Source of the DNA: Macrostomum hystrix
Taxonomy: Eukaryota > Animalia > Platyhelminthes
Direction: 5' to 3'
NCBI GenBank assembly: GCA_950097015.1
Contig: CATNEN010000007.1
Coordinates: 6,820,001-6,884,000, forward strand
Length of the DNA: 64,000 nucleotides
Shown: positions 47,701 through 59,400 of the stretch, in pieces
Numbering within the stretch: position 1 is the stretch's first letter
Layout: each line of letters starts with the position of its first letter
Notes under the pieces: generated by a model
What the model saw: only the letters and a program-made list of their open reading frames with translations
Database searches by the model: none
What the model was told of the DNA's origin: nothing
Position numbers and translations under genes: made by a program

Positions 47701-50700
47701 TTGCTGTCGTTAGTGCCACGGGTATTTCTTGCGTCAGCTTCTGCTTCTTTTGATTCTGGTGCTCACGCTTCTCTGCTCGTCTGTTGCCTTTTTCTGCTTC
47801 TGTTCACTGATGCTTCTGTTCACTGATGCTTCTGCTCATATTCTTTTGTCACAAAAATTTTGTCTAAGGACAAACTTAGGTTGGGGCCTTGACTTGGCCT
47901 CTACCCTTACCCCTTAGCCATAACTTTTTAATGAATTGACATATTATCTTGATTAAAAATGCGTTAGAACTGCTGAATCTTTATTTATCAGTGACGTGAG
48001 TTTCAATAAATCAATATGTTGCACCAGTTTGCCTGTGCATCGATTTTTCCCGCTATTTCTGGGACACCCCTCGTATGTATATAAAAACTGAGTCGGAGGG
48101 TGAGTGGCAGAGCGGTCTAACGCTTTTGCCCGTCGCCCCAAGGTCCCTGAGCTCGATTCCACGGCGAGGCCACATTAATTTTGAGGTTCAGCCGCGGAGA
48201 GAAGGCTTAGGGGCTTCCAACCTGAAAGGCACAGTGAAATCCAAGGTAGATGTACCTGTGTGGGGTGCCTTCAAACAATGTTTGCGTGCGTGTGTGCTCA
48301 GGAGTCGGCGGAATGGACACAATTGCCTCTTGCCAGCTGCCGGTTCATTGCCAATAAATGTGCCACTGCCCACAGCCCTACTGCAAATATTGGTATTGTT
48401 ATTAATTATGGAAACTAAGTATGTTTCTCAGAAATGTGAATTGAATTTCACACAGATGGATGCAAATTACACCAAAGTTCCACAGCCTCAGCTTTGCACT
48501 GCGCCTCTAAAAGTCCATAGACTGGTCGAGGGGCCGCCAACCCACCCAAATTTCTACAACAGCTGATGTTGGTACTCATTTTAGAGCTGGGTGCATTTCT
48601 TGGTTACATTCTCGCTTCACTTTAAAATCACCTTAGATGCCCCAAGTCGCTATCTGGTCTGCCTCATGAAGCCTTCTCAGCGGCAGCAACCTCAGCAACT
48701 ACAACTGTTGCAGCAGCAACAGCAGCAGCAGCAGGTTACCTGGCCAATCAAATCGTCCCAATCGGTGGCTGCTTCGCCGCCAGTCAGAGCCGCCGCTACG
48801 AGGCCGGCCGCATCGTCAGTGTCCAGTGTGGGCAGCTCGCCTTCACTGCCGCACTCGCTGTCCGATTTCATCTCCTGTCGGCACGATTGCGCCGATAGCA
48901 ACCTGGTGACACATGCCGTGTGCAGGTTGGCCTTTGATTAATTGCGTTCATTGTGGCTAATAAGTAGTTGCTTTAACAGCTGTATGACCCGAGGACCAGG
49001 TGGTGTAACGGCTGTATGACCCGAGGAGCGGGTGCGGCTGTTTGACCAGAGGACCAGGTGGTGTAACGGCTGTATGACCAGAGGAGCGGGTGCGGCTGTA
49101 TGACCAGAGGAGCGGGTGCGGCTGTATGACCAGAGGAGCGGGTACGGCTGTTTGACCAGAGGACCAGGTGGTGTAACGGCTGTATGACCAGAGGAGCGGG
49201 TGCGGCTGTATGACCAGAGGAGCGGGTACGGCTGTTTGACCAAAGGACCAGGTGGTGTAACGGCTGTATGACCAGAGGAGCGGGTGCGGCTGTATGACCA
49301 GAGGAGCGGGTACGGCTGTTTGACCAGAGGACCAGGTGGTGTAACGGCTGTATGACCAGATTATCAGGTGGTGTTAGGGCTGTATGACAAGAGGATCAGG
49401 TGGTGTAATGGCTGTATGACCAGAGGATCAGGTGGTGTAACGGCTGTATGACCAGAGGAGCGGGTGCGGCTGTATGACCAGAGGAGCGGGTACGGCTGTT
49501 TGACCAGAGGACCAGGTGGTGTAACGGCTGTATGACCAGATTATCAGGTGGTGTTAGGGCTGTATGACAAGAGGATCAGGTGGTGTAATGGCTGTATGAC
49601 CAGAAGATCAGGTGGTGTAAGGGCTGTATGACCAGAGGACCAGGTGGTGTAATGGCTGTATGACCAGAAGATCAGGTTGTCTAAGGGCTGTATGACCAGA
49701 GGAGCGGGTACGGCTGTTTGACCAGAGGGTCAGGTGGTGTAAGGGCTGCATGACCAGAGGATCAGGTGGTGTAAGGGCTGCATGACCAGAGGATCAGGTG
49801 GTGTAATGGCTGTATGACCAGAGGACCAGGTGGTGTAATGCCTGCATGACCAGAGGACCAGGTGGTGTAATGGCTGTATGACCAGAAGATCAGGTGGTGT
49901 AAGGGCTGTATGACCAGAGGAGCGGGTACGGCTGTTTGACCAGAGGGTCAGGTGGTGTAAGGGCTGCATGACCAGAGGATCAGGTGGTGTAAGGGCTGCA
50001 TGACCAGAGGATCAGGTGGTGTAATGGCTGTATGACCAGAGGACCAGGTGGTGTAATGGCTGTATGACCAGAGGATCAGGTGGTTTAAGGGCTGTATGAC
50101 CAGAGGATCAGGTGGTGTAATGCCTGCATGACCAGAGGACCAGGTGGTGTAATGGCTGTTTGACCAGAGGAGCGGGTGCGGCTGTATGACCAGAGGAGCG
50201 GGTGGTGTAACGGCTGTTTGACCAGACCAGAGGACCAGGTGGTGTAATGGCTGTTTGACCAGAGGAGCGGGTGCGGCTGTATGACCAGAGGGTCAGGTGG
50301 TGTAAGGGCTGCATGACCAGAGGAGCGTGTGGTGTAACGGCTGTATGACCAGAGGAGCGGGTGCGGCTGTATGACCAGAGGGTCAGGTGGTGTAAGGGCT
50401 GCATGACCAGAGGATCAGGTGGTGTAAGGGCTGCATGACCAGAGGATCAGGTGGTGTAAGGGCTGCATGACCAGAGGATCAGGTGGTGTAAGGGCTGCAT
50501 GACCAGAGGATCAGGTGGTGTAAGGGCTGCATGACCAGAGGATCAGGTGGTGTAATGGCTGTATGACCAGAGGATCAGGTGGTGTAAGGGCTGCATGACC
50601 AGAGGATCAGGTGGTGTAAGGGCTGCATGACCAGAGGATCAGGTGGTGTAAGGGCTGCATGACCAGAGGATCAGGTGGTGTAAGGGCTGCATGACCAGAG

Positions 50701-52660
50701 GATCAGGTGGTGTAATGGCTGTATGACCAGAGGATCAGGTGGTGTAAGGGCTGCATGACCAGAGGATCAGGTGGTGTAAGGGCTGCATGACCAGAGGATC
50801 AGGTGGTGTAAGGGCTGCATGACCAGAGGGCCAAGTGAATGAGTGAATGAATGCAGCCGGGTCCAGTTAGTTTCTCCTCCCCGTCGCCTTTAAAGCCCGG
50901 CGCTGGCCAGCAAGCAGGCGGTGCTGGCCGAGTTCTTCATCGGCAGACGCTGGGCAAGCCTGGTGCTGCCAATTGATACTCCCATCTGGCAGCGGCACGT
51001 GCAGGATGTTGGTGAGTTGCTTACTGACTGCTTGTACGTGGCCAAGCCATGTTGACTAGCCTTTGAACCCTTCAAAACTCTCCAGTGGCCGGCAACGATG
51101 AAGCCTCTAGCGGCATCTACCGCTGCCAGATAACAGGAAACGGCCGCATGGCATTTGTGAAGAGCCGCAGTCACCGAAGCCAGCAGCAGCCTAGCCAGTT
51201 TGCCTCCACGCACTGCATCATCAGGTCAGCTCCGATGGTCTAGTCCTCATCGAGCTGCTCAATAATACTTTTTAGCGACCTCCTAACCTTCTTCATTGAC
51301 AGATTCTGCGAATCCAACCAGGATCTGCAGGGCAGCCCCTCTGCCAGTCTGCTGCGCCGCGTTGGCTCCGTCACTGCCACTTCGAGCAGCTCTTCGACGC
51401 CTTCCCTGCCGCAGTCGCCAAAGCAGCTGCAGCAGCAGCAGCAGCAGCAGCGCTCTGCTCTCGGTCCGCGCGAGCGTCAGGAGCTGCTTAGCCTAGGAGC
51501 ATTGTATAAGAGCTGCGCCAAACAGGATCCAGAGAGGGCGGCCGCTCTACGCAGTCGCATGCTCACACTGTGGGCAGATTCTCAGCAGCAGCAGCAGCAG
51601 CCAGGGCCTGTTAATCAGCCGTTCCAACTGCCTCAGCCTCATCCGTCGGCGCCGCTATTGCTAAGTTCCACGCAGCGCTCATCCTCTGATATGGGCACGA
51701 GCATGATGAACGTGATGAGGTCCAGGACTGCTGGCGGCAGGCAGCCAGCCTCTCTGCTCATGGAGCTGCTTAATGGGCCCAGCGCGCATTCCTGCACCGT
51801 CAGCATTACGGCAGGAGCTCTACAGGTGTGGCAAAGCTTGGCAAAGCCTAGATTTTCAGTTCAGACTAAGCCGCTCTGGCTCATTGTGTCACACTAGGCC
51901 GTAGCTTATCCCCGCCCGCATTCCGTTGTATTCGCAGGAGCTGCTAAACGCCAAGGAGCAGCAGGCCCGCGCCGCCGAGCAGCAGCAGGTCAGCTCCACC
52001 ACCGCTACGCCCAGCACGCCGGGTAGAAAGCGTCAACCGTCCTGGCCAGATGACAACATCGGCGGCGGCAGCGCCGTCGAGGAGGATGCCGACAGCAGCA
52101 CGCACACCAGTGTTGGTGGTAAGCGGAAGCCGCCAGCCGGCACGCAGCTCCTGGCTGCTCTTCTCAGCGAGGCGGCTGCTCCATCCGCTGCCGCTTCAAC
52201 TGCCAATGCTAATGCCGCGCATACACGCGAGTCTGCGGCACCTCCGCAAGCGATGCCTGCGGTCGATATCAACGGCGGCGGCGATGGCGAAGAGTTCGGT
52301 ATGCTTGAGAGCATCCTCCGCAGCATCGACGAGCAGCAGCAGCAGCAGCAGCTACCTCCAAATACCGTGGCCCTCATTCAGCAGCCGTCCCTAACATTCG
52401 TTCCACCGATGCCAGCTGCGCCGCCGCCACCGCCGCAGCCGGCGCCTGGACCGGATAACAGCGCTGGAGGCGCTGAACTGCCAGAAGACGTTGTGCTGGA
52501 CATCATCCTGGACATGGAGGAGCGGCACAAACACCAGCCCACGCCGGATTCCACAACACCATCTGGCGCTGCCGCGGCCGCTGTCACACCGAGCGCTCCG
52601 CCCAGCATGGGCTCAGGCAGCGGCGGCGGCGGCTTGCTCGAAAGGCTGCTGAGTAGCTGA
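44721..52660 (+). CDS. p160 steroid receptor coactivator (NCOA/SRC/taiman)-like PAS protein; exons 44721-44918, 45631-45805, 45927-46082, 48637-48925, 50896-51011, 51086-51224, 51303-51825, 51938-52660
   Basis: Phase-consistent GT-AG junctions. PAS-A LIGQMVLDVIEGFLLVVNDSAVIDFASQNIASF...LYRILHDEDR resembles NCOA LGPLLLQALDGFLFVVN...YNILHEEDR. Further matches: YLVCLMK, DFISCRHD, and PAS-B SSGIYRCQITGNGRMAFVKSRS...FASTHCIIR (NCOA TPVYRFSLADG...TKSK...FVSTH). LxxLL boxes LMELL, LQELL, LAALL, LERLL. Q-rich. AATAAA at 53216. Confidence 0.82.
46293..48073 (-). mobile_element. Mariner-family DNA transposon (full length, inactive) in an intron of the NCOA-like gene
   Basis: TA at both ends (46291-92, 48074-75); imperfect inverted repeats of ~190-200 bp (GGGTGTCCCAGAAATAGCGGGAAAAATCGATGCACAGGC...) at 46293-~46494 and ~47886-48073; internal transposase. 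Confidence 0.93.
46506..47606 (-). pseudogene. Mariner transposase pseudogene (~366 codons, two in-frame stops)
   Basis: Motifs VYRWLEEF..GR, WVPRLL, LVTGDETW, HDNARPH, YSPNLAPCEY and KCCELRGDFVEK are all in one frame, interrupted by TGA at 47021-19 and TAG at 46580-78. Confidence 0.92.
48094..48411 (+). mobile_element. tRNA-derived SINE (fuller copy of the 11542-11800 family)
   Basis: A box GTGGCAGAGCGG; B-box-like GCTCGATTCC; shared body; decayed (ATT) tail; approximate TSD AAACT(G/A)AGT. Confidence 0.8.
48978..50830. repeat. Compound minisatellite of 29-bp (TGACCAGAGGATCAGGTGGTGTAAGGGCTG-like) and ~23-bp (TGACCAGAGGAGCGGGTGCGGCTG-like) units, in an NCOA-like intron
   Basis: Tandem copies read directly; fills almost the whole intron 48926-50895. 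Confidence 0.95.
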
Positions 52661-53505
52661 GGACTGTTATGGCCATTCTGACTAACATTTTAACACACTT
52701 TTACATCATCGCGTGTTATCCGCTCTGTCGCTTAGATTATGTCTGTTAGGGAGTCTTGATTTAGTGTTCAGTGTGTCCGTTTACCTGCCCCCCTAAGCAA
52801 GGCTTTGTTTATTTGTTTAGGTAGTTGACTTGGTCAAAGCCTTGGCTGTGTTGTTTCGCAGATTGCATATCGGATTTTGTATCGGGACGCATATTTTTGT
52901 TGTTAATCAATTCTTAGAGCGTGTAATTAGTTTCCTTATATTTTCAAGTATTTTAGTTTTGTACAGTTCAGTAACTTATTTACCTTTTAATTACATCTGC
53001 TTTTATTTGCGTCATAAAAATATCGTTTAATTTTATCAGACTGTCGCTTAGATAGAATCTGCACTGCTAAGCAGTAGGATAACATGAGCATTCAGTGAGC
53101 TGTAGTTTTGTCAGTTCGTTTTCCTACTCGTATGAGTCGCGTTACTAAATATATTAGAGTTTATTATCAGTTCTCACTTTCTGTAAATGATTGCAAGCAT
53201 TAGTTTCTGCTTTGAAATAAACTAGAACATATTTGAAGCCACCCAAGTTAACTCTATTTGATACATTACTAGCTTTTTTTGCCCGTTGTTTTTGGGGCAG
53301 AAATTTAAAGCAAAGCAGTAAGCAATTCACGTCTCTGTATTAACTTTATAGTGAAGGTCACCATTTATTTATTTACTGCATTAATGAAAAGTGAAGAGTT
53401 TGTTTAAGGGCATTTTAAGTAAAAAATAAGTGAAAAGTTTGTCCAAACAGCCCCCTCTTGATTACTTCTTTAGAAACATGTCTCTTAGCCACTCCTCTAT
53501 ACAGT

Positions 53506-53751
53506 CAGTGGCAGATCCAGGAATTTTGTTTTGGGGCGGTCTGTCAGGGGAGCGCCATGAGAATCACAGAGGGGGTGCCAGCGGCCGAAAAAGGGCGCCA
53601 GGAGCCAAGAAAGGGCGCCAGCGGCTGAAAAACGGGAGCCAGCGGCTGAAAAAGGGGCGCCAGCGGCCGAAAAGGGGCGCATCTTATTCCCATGATTAAA
53701 ATTTAGGGGGGGCGACTGCCCCCCCGCCCCCCCCCCCTAAGTCTGCCTCTG
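53506..53751. mobile_element. hAT-type MITE nested in the Helitron
   Basis: Termini CAGTGGCAGA...TCTGCCTCTG; perfect 8-bp TSD TATACAGT at 53498-53505 and 53752-53759; internal short GGCGCCAGCGGC repeats. Confidence 0.85.
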
Positions 53752-53908
53752 TATACAGTATGCATGTACACGCGTATACATAAGGAAAATAGCCATGGCA
53801 TAACAATAACAATGTCAAAGAAACAAAATTAAACTGTTTCAGAGTTCAGAGTTAGACAGGTCAAGGTCAATTCGTGACTACTTTTCTATTAATTGCTTGC
53901 GAGTCACC

Positions 53909-54565
53909 TCAAGGCCTGGGGATACACCACATTTTTCGTTCTTCCCCTTGGTGCGAAAATGAATAGGCCAGCTGGAGTTCCAACACGGGAGCAGGCGACA
54001 TAAAGCTGCAATGCGAGAAGCAAGGAGTCTCCAGGTTGATGCCAGCCACCTTCAGCGACTGTCCCTGAGCCTTGTTAATAGTCATCGCAAAGCACACTCT
54101 CACAGGGAACTGCAGTCGCTTGAACTGAAATGGCAGGTCCGTGGGGATAATTGGAATCCGGGGAACGAATACAGACTCTCCTCTGCCAGATCCAGTCATT
54201 ATCGTGGCCTCAATCACGTGTGGGAAGAGCCGCCTGACTATCAGTCTGGTGCCGTTACACAGCCTTGGCGCATTCAGGTTGCGGAGGAGCATAATTGGTG
54301 CCCCAACTTTCAGCTGCAAGTTGTGCGATGGAGTTCCAGGAGGATCTAGAGAGTTCAGAAACTCAACAGGATACTCCACAGCGGTGTCATCAGTCAACGT
54401 TGTATCAATTGACTTGTAGGTGAAAACTGCACCTGGCAACTCCTGAAGCAGTTGGTAGTTAATTTCGTTGGCGGCATCATTTCTAGGACACAGAATTGCC
54501 CTCTCTGACAGCCAGTCAACGTCAGCATATCGAACCATCAGGTTCGGGTAAACTTTTGCCTTGAG
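53909..54565 (-). pseudogene. C-terminal fragment of Helitron Rep/Hel PIF1-like helicase
   Basis: WLSERAILCPRN, EFLNSLDPPGTPSHNLQLKVGAPIMLLRNLN..LCNGTRL and FKRLQFPVRVCFAMTINKAQGQSL. A 1-nt deletion near 54010 shifts FSH(G)QLYVACSRVG out of frame. Confidence 0.92.
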
Positions 54566-56482
54566 CTTTTTTGACGATTTTTGAGCAGTTTTTTGCACTT
54601 TTGAGCAGGAAGGAAATGATTTTTCGGGAATTTGAGTAGCCTATTGCACTCAGCGTAGGTGGTTTTAGGTATGTGCAAAGTTTGGTGCGATTTGGTTGAG
54701 CGGTTTCGGCGTCTATAAAGACAAAAGACAGACACTGGGACGCCACCGCACTCACCGCACTCAGTCTCAGTGCTGCTTGGGGGCCAGTAGACAATCTAGG
54801 GGTTTGGGCTGTGTACATTCACGGCTTGAAATACAATGTACAGTCTGGGGCTTCGGCGCCCGGGGAAGGGAGGGGGGTGGCTGTAATAAAATTTGGCCCG
54901 CAGAGTGGCGGAGGGGAGTTGGGGTGGCTGTCCTCGGAAAACAAAAAGTGACTCACTTTGAGATGATGCAGCTTTGCTCTGGATTGAGTAGAGATGTTCA
55001 AAATTGACAGCATTGTTGGAAAACATGTAAAGTGTAAGTGGATCAAATTTGGAGAAAATCTGACAAAGTGGGGCGACGATATGTCGAATTGAGTGATTTT
55101 TTGACGATTTTTGAGCAGTTTTTTGCACTTTTGAGCAGGAAGGAAATGATTTTTCGGGAATTTGAGTAGCCTATTGCACTCAGCGTAGGTGGTTTTAGGT
55201 ATGTGCAAAGTTTGGTGCGATTTGGTTGAGCGGTTTCGGCGTCTATAAAGACAAAAGGTTGCACACAGACAGACAGACAGACAGACAGAGTTTTCACTTT
55301 TATATATATAGATATATTTAGCTGTCGTGTTGTGCCTGCTCACGACTCGAACTATCCGAAATTACATCGCTAGTTTCATCCAGTGAAAGCACTGAATATT
55401 TATAACTTTCTATAAAATCCCTTCCCCGCTGCTTCGGTTCATTCAGTCCATGGACTGTAGAAATATTAGTTCTATCCATTTGAGAAACTGTCATTCTGCA
55501 AGGATACAAGTTGGTTGCAGAAGTGAGCCAGATGCTGTCGCAACAGAAGTGCTTAATTAAATCGACAAGCGAACATAATAAAGGGAAATGGTGTATTTTG
55601 GCCTAATTCGGCTAGTAAACCAATTGAAAATTAACGACCAGAAACCACGGGTTAAGTAGATGATCGGGAATGACAACAGCACTGCGACATAAGAGCAATG
55701 AAATTCTAATTCGTTATTAGCGCAAATCACCGACAAAACAGAAAGGAAAATTATAAATAACTACCAAATCCGTCAACAATTCGTTAACGATTTTTGGATA
55801 GTAAAATACTCCAACAAAATCAATAATTGATATTCAGATTAAACATGTATATTCACACATGTCAGAAGACTAAGCTCACCTCGCACGTGTTATTGCTAGC
55901 TGGAGATATCCACTTATAATAAATACATGTACTAAGTCTCCATAATAGACTATACTACTAGGGACAGTAGTGCGGCTGACACAACATCCGCGTACAACAA
56001 ACAAAAACCTATCCAGGATTAGCCAAAAAGACAAGCAGAAAAACTAACTTTTTAATGCCATTTCTCAGACACAAGTTGAAGCCCGCAAGTGGAATGCCAC
56101 TAGAGTGCGCTTTTGTTGCTTCACAAACCGAAACCAAAAACAAAACTTCACTTAATCGATGAGGAAAGACTTGCACCGTAACAGACTGTATATACTACTC
56201 ACAGTAAGCGCACACGAGGGAGAGGCGGGGGCACACACAAGAAGTCAATTCTCTCTAAAAACTCAAGAAATCAAGAAAAATAGACAAAACAACATTACAA
56301 GTTTTTTAAAATAATCGGAATAGAATAAGCATCAGAGAAAATGGCTCAGATTAGTAAATCTATTTTGCCATAATAATAATTCAACTAAGTGTAAGCTACT
56401 TTCGTAAAGAAATTAGATGGCATACAATCAGTGAGCAAGCGGATATTTAGGCTCTGGCTAAACCAATGCTGTCTGCATGCGC

Positions 56483-59400
56483 TCACTGCGGCAAAGGCTG
56501 GTAGATGCTCTTCCCTGGCGCATAGAAGTGCAAAGGCTGCGGCGGCGGCGGCGGCGGACCTCCCGGAGCTGTCGTCGAAGATTGATTCGGCGGCTGCATG
56601 AAAGGCGGACGCGCTGGCGGCGGCTGCTGCTGCAGTGGCGGCGGCTGCTGCTGCTGCGGTTGCGGCGGTTGACTCGGCGGTGCCGCTGTTTGGGTGTCTG
56701 CCCCACCACCGCCGCCTCCGCCAAACATTCTGCCAAACATGCGAGAGAACATGCCTGCCTGCTGCTGTTGCTGCGGAAGAGGTTGCTCCGGCTGTGGCTG
56801 CACGGCTGGTATCTCCTGCTGTTGTTGCATGTACTGCTGCGGCTGTTGGTATTGCGGATAAGGTTGCGGCATTTCTTGCGTCTGTTGTGGCAGCGGTGGC
56901 TGCCTGTATTGCTGCTGTGATGGCGGTGGCTGCTGATTTTGATGTGTTGGTTGTGATTGTTGCTGTGGCTGAGGGTACGACTGCTGGTACGGCTGCTGAG
57001 GTGGCAGCCGCTCAAGAGGTGTCGTCTGGTACGGCTGCTCCTGCTGCTGAGGCTGTTGGTACGGCTGCTGAGGTGGCTGCTGGTACGGCTGCTGCTCGTG
57101 AGGTGTTGTTTGGTACGGCTGCTGCTGCTGCTGTGGCTGTTGGTACGGCTGCTGCTGCTGCTGTGGCTGTTGGTACGGCTGCTGCTGCTGCTGCTGTGGC
57201 TGTTGGTACGGCTGCTGCTCGTGAGGTGTTGTTTGGTACGGCTGCTGCTGCTGCTGTGGCTGTTGGTACGGCTGCTGCTGCTGCTGTGGCTGTTGGTACG
57301 GCTGCTGCTGCTGCTGTGGCTGTTGGTACGGCTGCTGCTGCTGCTGTGGCTGTTGGTACGGCTGCTGCTGCTGCTGTGGCTGTTGGTACGGCTGCGGCTG
57401 CTGTTGTGGCTGCTGGTACGGCTGCTGTTGCTGAGGCAGCTCGAGGTAAGGCTCTTGCTTCTTAGGTGTCTGTTGATTCTGTTGTTGCTGTTGCTGCTCA
57501 TATGGCTGTTGTGGCTGGGGTGGCTGCTGGTACGGAAGTGGCTGTGGTGGCTGGGAAGGCTCTTGTTGCTTAGGTGGCTGTTGCTGCTGATTTGACTGCT
57601 GGGGCTGTGGTGGCAGCTGGTTCGGCTTTGGCAGCTGCTGGTACTGCTGCTGTGACTGTGGCAGCTGTTGTACCTGCTGATTCTGCTGCTGTTGCTGATA
57701 GTTATCCGCATATTTCTGAGGCTGATTAGCACGACGTGGTTGTTGGTACTGGAGGTGTTCATTCTGCGACGGTGGCTGCTGTTCATGAACTTCCTGTCTT
57801 TGTGGCAACTGCTGGTATTGGTACTGCTGCGGATACTGTTCTACGTGGTCATATTGGTGCAGCCTGTGATCTTCGTCCTCAGGATCCTGCGTCTGCTCAG
57901 GATCTGTCTGTTGCTGCTGCAGGTATGGCTGCTCAAGGGTGGCGGACTCGTAAGGCCTGTAATAGGCCTGACCCTGCTCTGCATGATCACTTGGCGGCTC
58001 AAACCGACTTGACGGCTGCCGCTCATACTGTGAGTATGGCTGCAGCTGCTGCTGCTGTTGCTGGTAGCGCTGCTGATGGCTTAGTGTGGAGCTCAGACTG
58101 GAATCACGGCTCCTAGCCGCCTGCTTGAGAGGCATCGAAGGCTGAGGCGGCGGCGGAGGCGGCTGCGACTGTAAAAATGCATGAACAAGAAACATTATGG
58201 CATAAAGAAAAATGAAGTTCACAGATTTCGAATCTTAAATCACGACAAAATCTCCGCATAACAAAGCTCAGCTCACCATATGCGTATATTGATGAAGCTG
58301 TGGCGGCTGCGGCGGTGGCTGCATCCGCGATGTCATAGACGGCGACGATGGCGGCGAGAGCGAGGCGGGCACCGGCGACGTCTGGCGCGAATGGTGGCCG
58401 CCAGTGTTGCCGCCGACAGCGGCTGCTGCATCGCCATGTGCGGAGGAGGTGCTGCTGGACAGAGTGCGCCGACGCTGATAGTCCGGAATCTGCGCCACCT
58501 GCACCAGGGGTTGAGCCCCGATCGTTCAAAATAATAAGCATCAGAGAGCTGGTCAAATTCATGAGAGATGCCAATCTTACCGGCTCATCGAACGCATCGA
58601 AAGCAACGTGGACCGAGGAGGCAGCATGGGCGGCAGCGGCTGGCGGAGCCGATTGCAACGCGGCGCTTCTCTGAGGCGAAGAATAATAAGTTTGCTGCAG
58701 CTGCTGCTGCTGCTGCTGTTGTTGCTGAAGCTGCGGCGCCTGCTGCGGTGGCGGAATTGCCATCGACGGTGCAGTTGTGGGCTGCAGTTGCCTGGCTGCC
58801 GATGGCTGATTCCCTAACTGCTGGTATTTCGGCTGGGTTGGAGTATGACCTGGCGCCGGGAGGCCGGCGGCCAGGCTGCTCAACTCGGCCAGCCAGTCGG
58901 AGTCCAGATGCTCAGAGACAGCTGGATGGCAGCGCAGGCGCTCAGCCATCTGAACTGTCTCCCGTAACAGCGGCTGGCTATTAGAGCCTAGACGCAGGAG
59001 TCCTTGGCCAACCTCGCGGCAGTAGCGAAAGGCCTCCTCGCTAAGGCCGGAGTCAAGGAGCCGCACAGCGTAGAGGAATTTGTAGGGCAGCAGGCGGCTG
59101 GAGAGGCGTCTCTGGCAGACACCGTCGAATCGGCGGCGACGATCCCGGAGGCCGATGGCAAATTCGAATACCTCGGTTAGCTGGATGGCCTCGCTCGGAA
59201 CGGAGGCTCCGTCAGCGGCGTCGGCAGCGGCGGAGTCGAAGCCAATCAATCGGATTGGTCCGTCGGGTCGAAACGGATCCAGAGTTTCAGCGTCGCCCGC
59301 ATCGCCAACGCCGTCGGTGTCATCAATTGCAGCGCACCCGCCAGCCAGCAGATAGCACAGCTGGCCAGCATAGAGCCGGCCAGCGGCTGTCAGGCGATCG

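Larger units (their letters stand above)
53269..55312 (-). mobile_element. Non-autonomous Helitron (~2.0 kb) retaining a helicase fragment
   Basis: On the minus strand the 5' end is A|TCTATATATATAAAA followed by (TGTC)n. The 3' end has a GCCC...GGGC hairpin then CTAG|T at 53269. No TSD, inserted in AT. Internal ~160-bp duplication (54567-54727 vs 55096-55256). Confidence 0.85.

Noticed and set aside
56458-57786. Alternative-frame and antisense ORFs (Ser-, Leu-, Ala-rich) over the SEC16-like last exon
   Set aside because: By-products of CAG-rich repeats.
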